A stretch of 64,000 nt of DNA, taken from the IMG/VR virus record IMGVR_UViG_3300050821_005794; one strand, 5' to 3'. Shown piece by piece: positions 57,702 through 64,000 of this stretch. Source of the DNA: an uncultured virus (IMG/VR IMGVR_UViG_3300050821_005794). Lineage: Duplodnaviria > Heunggongvirae > Uroviricota > Caudoviricetes. The position numbers and the translations under genes were made by a program. Under the pieces are notes generated by a model, which worked only from the letters and a program-made list of their open reading frames with translations, was not told where the DNA came from and searched no databases. Within the stretch, counting starts at the first letter, position 1. Every line of letters begins with the position of its first letter.

Positions 57702-60700
57702 CTACGATTCTCCATGGTGCGAGCCATAGACTGTAAACGTAAAAATCTCGTTCCTGACGCCATCTGTAGACCCGAAATCTATCTTGACTTGCATGTGCCG
57801 CGCCCAAGCAGGCAACGGAACAGCAGGACCGCTGACGCTTTGTTTGAAGTCATAGCGGTTGGAATACAACGTTGCTGGCGCAAGCGTGGTTCCGTACAAA
57901 GCAGGTGGGTCTTGATGAACGTATCCTGAAATACTTTGGAATGGCCCAGAAATTTCGTTGAGCAGCACAGAAAGAACAGGACTCGTTCCGACCAAGTTGA
58001 AATCACAAGTAATAAATGCCAGTTCGGCTAACTGGCCGGGATAAGCCAAAACGATGCTGCCCATGATGAAGTTGGCCGGATAGGTTTTACCGTTGTCCGT
58101 AAAAACATTGGCGTTGCGATAGTAAATATACCCGCCGCCTGCTGTGCCTGTATCTGCCGCTGAAGCTTGGTTAGCGTGTGTAATCGCCGTAGTAAACTGT
58201 GTCGGCGTGGCTGATACGATAACTTGGTTAGCTACGTTAAAAATTCCGCTGCCGTTAGTGGTGCCTACGGTAGTAATGATCTGGCCAACTACGAAGTTAT
58301 TGTTGGCAGTATAGGTCGCCACATTTGAGGTTAGCGAAGTATTGGTAATAACCGCCGAGCCTGGTCCAACCAAAAGTTGATGCACGCCAGGACTAGTTTC
58401 GATTGATTGAATAGCCTGCGCACCGCCAGTAATGTTAGCTTTGGGACTCCAAACAAATCCGCCTTCGGGAGCCTGGCTTGTATTGCACCTGAACCAACCT
58501 GTGCTACCGTCCGAAATGTGAACAGCCTCGTCTTGGTTTGAAGCGTGCCACGTTACGTAAGAATTAGCCGGATTGAAGGATTGCAATGTAGGATCGTTCG
58601 GATAGGCTGGACACGGTGCGCCAATAGGAAATCCGATTTTAGATATCCCAGAAGTGGGATCAAGCTGTACGAATTGTTTGTCTGCCGTGTGTGCGTAAAT
58701 CGTCGTGCCATTCACGTCAGCCGCGAATTGATTGAGCAGTCCAAGATTTTGAATAAACGGTGCAGGATAGAAGACAGTGATCCCTGAAACCCCGCTCGCA
58801 GCCGCAACCGCCGAACCCGTACCATAAATAATATAAACATCCGAAATCGTAAAAACAAGCAAGCCTACCGAGGTAGGAATTAACTTGCTGACTTTGGAAG
58901 GAAAGACAAAGTTGTTAGCGGGCGACCAGCTTTCGTAAGGATTGCCTAGAATGTTGCCTAAATCGGGGCCAGTAGCGTAATAAACAACGTTTGAGACGAA
59001 ACCCCACATACGCCCCATGTGAAATACCATGCCGCCGATTCCAGTTGGCGGAGGCGTGTTCTGGCCTGCCTGCGCGGGCAATTGAAACTGGTTGAGCGTA
59101 GCATCCAAGGATTGGTCTACAATCGTGGTTGAAGTATTAGGATAGGGATTCGTAGGCAAGGAATAAAATGTGTTACCGCCGTCCTTGGTTCGGAAGACCC
59201 AGATTGTGTTGACTTGAGGATCGGTACTTGCTACGACGGTTATGTCTACAACCTTGCTAGAAAACGCACCTGTGCTCGCTGAAGCGGGAGTCATGTTAGA
59301 GAAGACTGGCGGCGAGACGTTGGTATTGGCGTAGGCATACCCATATTCATACCCCGTCGTGGCCGAGAGTGCTCCTGAGCCGCCAACAGAAACAGAAATC
59401 CCTGCCGTGAAAACTTGAATTTGAGCCGAGTCTATACTGAAGGTCTGGCCGCTACCGGAAACTACAATCTGAACCCCGAAGTTACTCGTGTTTATAATAG
59501 AAGGATTAAGAGTTGCGCCCCAGACATCCGTGCTGCCACCAAAGGAAATCAGCATGTCTGAAGTGCCAGGCATCAATAATAATTTCTGGTTGCCTATGGC
59601 GTTACCGTTGTTGTCTTGTAATCGTGCATAAATAAGTGTGTCACCCGCGACCGCTGAAACATGTCCTGTCACGTTAACTTGAACGCCCGTAACGGTGCCG
59701 GAAACGCTGAAGCTATAATTCGTCGCGAACAACGGAGCGGTCTGAAGGTCTGCTGTAGGAATTGTTGTCGCGTACGCCCCATCAGGAGCGCCTTGGACAT
59801 TTGTAGGGTTGGTCCAACTCACGACAACTGGGGATGTGTAGTAGACAGTTACGCTGATATAATCTATGAGAGCTTGTCCGGTAGCGTGACTCTGAGAAGT
59901 GTTGAACTTCGTAGCTACCGCAATACCAAAACCAGAGTTGTTTATATCTGATGGCGCTAGCGTAGCACCCCATAGATCGGAAGATGATCCCCATGTTTCT
60001 GGCGTAATTGACGGAGTATACGCAGTGCCGCCAGTGTGCCCAGTTCCAGATTGAACATTTGCTTTCAGTATTTGAATGGAATCTGTAGTTATTGTGCCGC
60101 CGGAACCAAGAGACCTGGCCCTATATACATTCGCGACTACCCCCGTAATAGTGGCCGTTGAAGGTATGGCAAACTTAAAATTAGTAACATTCAGATAGTT
60201 ACTACCGTCACTACCTGGACCACCTGTTACGGAAAACGCAGCCGAAGCATAGACCCCATCAAGAACTTCTGCGTTTGTCGGATTTGACCAAACTTCGTTG
60301 CCATCAGGACCAGATATGCCCGAATCTGTCGCTGAAAATGGAGAACTCGGGCCTTGCGATCCCGAACCGCCTCCGGCTGACCCTGAAACGCCCGTTCCGG
60401 CGTACGCGCTAGTAAGCGTAATACCTGCCGTAGCAATGCCCCAGTTTCGAAGGGCTACTTGCACGGCTGTGCCTGTATCTGCCGCTGAACCTACGTTTGC
60501 GTGAACTATGGCGACCGTGAATGACGTTGAGTTGGCCGTAGCGATGACAGCATTTGTTACGTTGAAAACACCGCTGCCGTTTGTTGTGCCTGTTACTGTG
60601 ACCAAGCGGCCAGCGACAAAGTTGTTAGCCGCAGTATATGTTGCGACGTTGGAAGTCAGGGCGGTGTTGGTTATGATTGCCTGACTAGGCGCAAAGCCCG

Positions 60701-61166
60701 GCCAGGCTAGTTGGTCTACGCCGTCGCCGATATAGAGTGTGTTGTTGATCCCGAAAAACGATGCCTCTCCCGCGCCATTCGACTTGGTAAAAATACTCGT
60801 AACTTGTGCCGGACTGATCGTATAAATCTGAGTCAGACCATCCATCATGACTTGAATGGTTTCTGAAATCGTAGTAAATGTTTTGAAGGAATAGAACGAG
60901 TTGATGGCCTCGCCTACAGTTTGCAAAGAATACTGGCTGACACCGGGGCGTCTGGAAAGAGTGAGCAAATTCGTAAGTTCGATGTTGACGCCAGAAATAA
61001 TAGCTTCGTTGCGGCCACCGTAATACAGAGTCTCTACGCGGGTGCCCGGAGAACGCAAAGGATTGCGCTGACACCACAGCCCCGTAAAAAACAGGGAGGT
61101 CCATAAAGGAGCGTAGTGTGTTTGTTTTGTATCTTGGCTGCCTGCCTGTTGAAGTGGATTAGGCAT
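57702..61166 (-). CDS. tail nozzle / tubular protein B-like with inserted beta domains
   Basis: 1154 aa; N-terminal L.RRPG; beta-rich; follows adaptor gene. Confidence 0.7.
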   Translation of the reverse strand: MPNPLQQAGSQDTKQTHYAPLWTSLFFTGLWCQRNPLRSPGTRVETLYYGGRNEAIISGVNIELTNLLTLSRRPGVSQYSLQTVGEAINSFYSFKTFTTISETIQVMMDGLTQIYTISPAQVTSIFTKSNGAGEASFFGINNTLYIGDGVDQLAWPGFAPSQAIITNTALTSNVATYTAANNFVAGRLVTVTGTTNGSGVFNVTNAVIATANSTSFTVAIVHANVGSAADTGTAVQVALRNWGIATAGITLTSAYAGTGVSGSAGGGSGSQGPSSPFSATDSGISGPDGNEVWSNPTNAEVLDGVYASAAFSVTGGPGSDGSNYLNVTNFKFAIPSTATITGVVANVYRARSLGSGGTITTDSIQILKANVQSGTGHTGGTAYTPSITPETWGSSSDLWGATLAPSDINNSGFGIAVATKFNTSQSHATGQALIDYISVTVYYTSPVVVSWTNPTNVQGAPDGAYATTIPTADLQTAPLFATNYSFSVSGTVTGVQVNVTGHVSAVAGDTLIYARLQDNNGNAIGNQKLLLMPGTSDMLISFGGSTDVWGATLNPSIINTSNFGVQIVVSGSGQTFSIDSAQIQVFTAGISVSVGGSGALSATTGYEYGYAYANTNVSPPVFSNMTPASASTGAFSSKVVDITVVASTDPQVNTIWVFRTKDGGNTFYSLPTNPYPNTSTTIVDQSLDATLNQFQLPAQAGQNTPPPTGIGGMVFHMGRMWGFVSNVVYYATGPDLGNILGNPYESWSPANNFVFPSKVSKLIPTSVGLLVFTISDVYIIYGTGSAVAAASGVSGITVFYPAPFIQNLGLLNQFAADVNGTTIYAHTADKQFVQLDPTSGISKIGFPIGAPCPAYPNDPTLQSFNPANSYVTWHASNQDEAVHISDGSTGWFRCNTSQAPEGGFVWSPKANITGGAQAIQSIETSPGVHQLLVGPGSAVITNTSLTSNVATYTANNNFVVGQIITTVGTTNGSGIFNVANQVIVSATPTQFTTAITHANQASAADTGTAGGGYIYYRNANVFTDNGKTYPANFIMGSIVLAYPGQLAELAFITCDFNLVGTSPVLSVLLNEISGPFQSISGYVHQDPPALYGTTLAPATLYSNRYDFKQSVSGPAVPLPAWARHMQVKIDFGSTDGVRNEIFTFTVYGSHHGES

Positions 61167-61169
61167 GGA

Positions 61170-62102
61170 TTAGGTTTGCAAACTCTGTCGCCCTTGCTGG
61201 ACCTTGATACCTGTTGCCTGTTGTTCTGCAACCATCGAGAGCCACGCAGCTTGAAAAATGTTGCGCTCCTCGTCCTTAAGGCCTTCAGCAATTCCCAACA
61301 GCGCGGCTACGAATTTCTGACTTGTGGGCATCCAGCGCGGATCATTGAAGTAGGCTAGAATTAATGTGAGGAATCCCCATTGGTAGACGAAGGAGTAGTG
61401 ATCTGGAATCGGTGCCCATGTTCCGGCCAAGGTTGAAAACAATGCAGGTTGTTTCTTCTGGTAGATTACGTTAATTTGATAAACTTGATCGGGTACAGGC
61501 AAAACACGGAACGTAATATTTCCGGCGTTGTCATCTACTTGTGGCGCGATATACGCAGGTGCCCCAGATTCGTTGCCGCTACCCAAGATGTTTCGCTCAA
61601 ATGAGACTTCTGAAACTTTGCCGGATAGCGCGGTCCCAGTATCGGCGGCAGAGCCTACGTTGGAATTAACAATTGCAACCGTGAATTGTGTTGGTGACGC
61701 ACTAGCAATAACTTGGTTCGTTATGTTGAAGACGCCCGCACCGTTTGTCGTGCCTGTCACAGTAACAGTGTTGCCCGCTACGAAGGAATTTGCAGCGGTG
61801 TAGGTGGCAACGTTGGAGGTTAGACTTGTATTGGTTATGGTTGCCGCTGGAACATACGAGGCTTTCTCAATGAACCCAAATGTAGTGACCGCCGTTGCGT
61901 AATCTTGTACTCCAATGGTTGCCAGAAAGGAAACGTTCGCTCGATTCCAGTTCCAACAAAACGGCGGTGACAGAATAGTCTGTTGGATAATGTTCGCAGA
62001 TGTGATAGCAGGTTCGTTGCCCGCGCCGATATTTAGGCTTAGGAAATCAACATGTGATTGGCTAAAATTTATACTGTTTTGCAGAGTAATCGTTGAAGCG
62101 AT
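61170..62102 (-). CDS. head-tail adaptor / tubular protein A-like with probable ATC start
   Basis: Frame open from ATC GCT TCA ACG (MASTITLQ) after GAGGT RBS; PF.WNWNR, PVPDQVY and PIPD motifs. Confidence 0.7.
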   Translation of the reverse strand: MASTITLQNSINFSQSHVDFLSLNIGAGNEPAITSANIIQQTILSPPFCWNWNRANVSFLATIGVQDYATAVTTFGFIEKASYVPAATITNTSLTSNVATYTAANSFVAGNTVTVTGTTNGAGVFNITNQVIASASPTQFTVAIVNSNVGSAADTGTALSGKVSEVSFERNILGSGNESGAPAYIAPQVDDNAGNITFRVLPVPDQVYQINVIYQKKQPALFSTLAGTWAPIPDHYSFVYQWGFLTLILAYFNDPRWMPTSQKFVAALLGIAEGLKDEERNIFQAAWLSMVAEQQATGIKVQQGRQSLQT

Positions 62103-62111
62103 GATACACCT

Positions 62112-62945
62112 CTAAGGTCTTAAGGAAGAAAACATGTCGCAGCAGTCTCGTTCGCCAACTGCGATGGTTCCATCTGACTGAAGCCTGTCTTGAAGTTTTG
62201 GGTCTATTCTAACAACCGGATGCGTGCAACCAAGAAGACCATTAATATCTTTGGCCGCGAACTTGCAATGCCAACACTCGCGTGGCGGAACATTTTCTTC
62301 ATCCGTAACAAAGCCCGAAGTTGGCGTGCCGTCTTTAAGCGGAGCCGGAGAGCCTTCGCGTTTGTTTGTTAGGGGAATCACTCCTGCCGAAGTGAACATT
62401 AGAACGCCACTAGGATAGACTAATCCTTCATACCCGACTTGGCCTTCGGATTTAGAGTTGAATGTGTTGTGTAAAAATGATACGGTTGAGCCGTGGCCAA
62501 CGATTAGAATAGGTTTGTTCAACTTCTGAACAATTGCAGCCACATCATCAAAGAATTTAGCCTGTCGATTGTCAAACTGGTTGAGTGATTCGCCGCCAGG
62601 AATCTTGAGTGAGCGGTTCTTGATGTACTTGTCTAGGGGATAGTCGGCTTTGGATTTGCCTGTAAAATCTCCAACATTCAGGGGCCGCAAGCGCTTGTCT
62701 ACGTGGCTTTCGCGAATGTCTAGAATACTTTGCAAAATTTCGCGAGTTTCTTTTGAGCGGTCTAGATCATCCGAGATAATTAGCGGGAACTTTATGCCGG
62801 TACCTTGCAGGAACAATGCTGATTGGCGGATTCCGTCGCGGCCTTCGGGCGTTAGCTGTGCGTCTGGACCGTTCGACCAGCTACGATAGGTATTGGCTTG
62901 GTTTCCGCCAGTTTTTCCGTGGCGAACTAAAAACATAATTGGGTT
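62112..62945 (-). CDS. histidine phosphatase (phosphoglycerate mutase family) with Cys-rich C-terminus
   Basis: FLVRHGKT, LTPEG, SDDLDR, PGGES and IVGHG; start position uncertain. Confidence 0.85.
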   Translation of the reverse strand, partial: NPIMFLVRHGKTGGNQANTYRSWSNGPDAQLTPEGRDGIRQSALFLQGTGIKFPLIISDDLDRSKETREILQSILDIRESHVDKRLRPLNVGDFTGKSKADYPLDKYIKNRSLKIPGGESLNQFDNRQAKFFDDVAAIVQKLNKPILIVGHGSTVSFLHNTFNSKSEGQVGYEGLVYPSGVLMFTSAGVIPLTNKREGSPAPLKDGTPTSGFVTDEENVPPRECWHCKFAAKDINGLLGCTHPVVRIDPKLQDRLQSDGTIAVGERDCCDMFSSLRP

Positions 62946-63685
62946 TATGATGGCCGACCCCCGATAACGGAGTGTTTGTAGATTTTTGAAATGTGGGACA
63001 AGAAATAATCTTTGGACCAAATACGCTTCATAAAATTGCACGTATTGCAGCACGGGGCCACATTATCTGTGCGGTATCCTATTTCGTTATTGATCCGGTC
63101 TACTCCATTGTAGGTAAAAGAACCATTTGATTGGCGGGAATATTCTGTTGATGGCGGGATACCGCAGTAGACGCAACAGCGAGTGACGATATTGAAAAAC
63201 TGTTCATCCGATAAATCCCACTCTAAACCACGTTTGGTTGCTTCTCGTTTATAGCGTCCGATTACTCTATTTTTAGCAGCTACTCCGAGACCCGCAGTTC
63301 GCTGTTCTTTTTGTAAGCATCCGCAACTTCTAGTATTACCAAGAAGATGTGGAAGTGCGACGGTTGTTATATTTCCGCAATCGCACTTACAAAGATACAT
63401 CTGTCCTTTAGTCTTGCTGTAGCCCAGAAAAGCGGTCGCCAATAATCGGCCATTTCTGTAGCCTGACCAATCCTTTTCGGGGAACTTCTCGCACTTACAA
63501 CTTTTGACGCAGACATTTCCTTTTCGAATGTTTCCTGGTCGCGCAGTTGTTTCTTCGCCGCAATTTTTACATTTTACAATCCATGTAGTTAGAAATCCTG
63601 TCGGAGTCTTAAAGGGAATTCCTTTTTTGACAACAACGAGATTATCCTTTATAGGATAGTTTTGAAAATTAGGTGTTAAACGCAT
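62945..63685 (-). CDS. free-standing HNH homing endonuclease
   Basis: Two CKC.CG..SC.C modules; CVYCG; GVDRINNEIGY..NVAPCC..CNFMK. Confidence 0.85.
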   Translation of the reverse strand: MRLTPNFQNYPIKDNLVVVKKGIPFKTPTGFLTTWIVKCKNCGEETTARPGNIRKGNVCVKSCKCEKFPEKDWSGYRNGRLLATAFLGYSKTKGQMYLCKCDCGNITTVALPHLLGNTRSCGCLQKEQRTAGLGVAAKNRVIGRYKREATKRGLEWDLSDEQFFNIVTRCCVYCGIPPSTEYSRQSNGSFTYNGVDRINNEIGYRTDNVAPCCNTCNFMKRIWSKDYFLSHISKIYKHSVIGGRPS

Positions 63686-63687
63686 GA

Positions 63688-64000
63688 CTAGAAGATCATC
63701 CAAGGGAGCTGGAAAGGCCAAGCGGGGCCAGGGTATAGACCCCCGACGGTAGGTTCTATGACACCTCGGGACGGGTAGAAACCGGAATTATCGCGCTCGC
63801 GATCACCCTGCATCTTGGCATTCATCAGACTTTCTTTCCACATTCTGTACTGATCCTGAAATTTTCCCCGAACACCTTTGTCTGTTGAGTGGCTGTACGC
63901 CAAAGCTACGAATCCATCCTTGAAATACTTGATGAAATCGTCAGGTATGGGTTCTAGCGTTTGGTTGAACGATGTGAATAGCCCGTTAGAGAACGCGAAT
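63688..64000 (-). CDS. 3' part of a virion adaptor-like protein, truncated by window edge
   Basis: Frame open to window end; EPIPDDFIKYFKDGF resembles APIPDHYSFVYQWGF in 61170-62102. Confidence 0.55.
   Translation of the reverse strand, partial: FAFSNGLFTSFNQTLEPIPDDFIKYFKDGFVALAYSHSTDKGVRGKFQDQYRMWKESLMNAKMQGDRERDNSGFYPSRGVIEPTVGGLYPGPAWPFQLPWMIF

Overview
The window is part of a large tailed-phage genome, probably podovirus-like. No capsid, portal or large terminase gene was recognised inside it. Left to right: (1) an early-type + strand block at 1.4-5.5 kb (DUF932, pentapeptide protein) punctuated by long intergenic hairpins; (2) many small accessory genes at 5.6-19.4 kb (TylF-like methyltransferase, collagen-like, GIY-YIG, SleB-type hydrolase, Sm-fold-like gene plus an RS/GS/WS repeat ORF); (3) an RNA module at 19.5-22.7 kb: promoter, Ro60/TROVE, three tandem Y-RNA-like hairpins (one with a tRNA-like T arm), then an RNA ligase; (4) a mosaic accessory stretch at 23-31 kb; (5) replication, recombination and nucleotide genes at 31-50 kb (primase-helicase, initiator-like protein, exonuclease, SSB, Acb2/Tad1-like, ERF, family A polymerase, RecA, endonuclease VII); (6) virion genes at 50.5-64 kb. 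Most notable: the Ro60/Y-RNA/ligase operon; a polymerase intein whose HNH endonuclease is a separate overlapping ORF in another frame; at least 22 exact copies of the palindrome GTTCA-N5-TGAAC; heavy enrichment of TGGCCGC; apparent ATC/CTG start codons; and two candidate structured ncRNAs. All family calls come from motif recognition by eye, not database searches.
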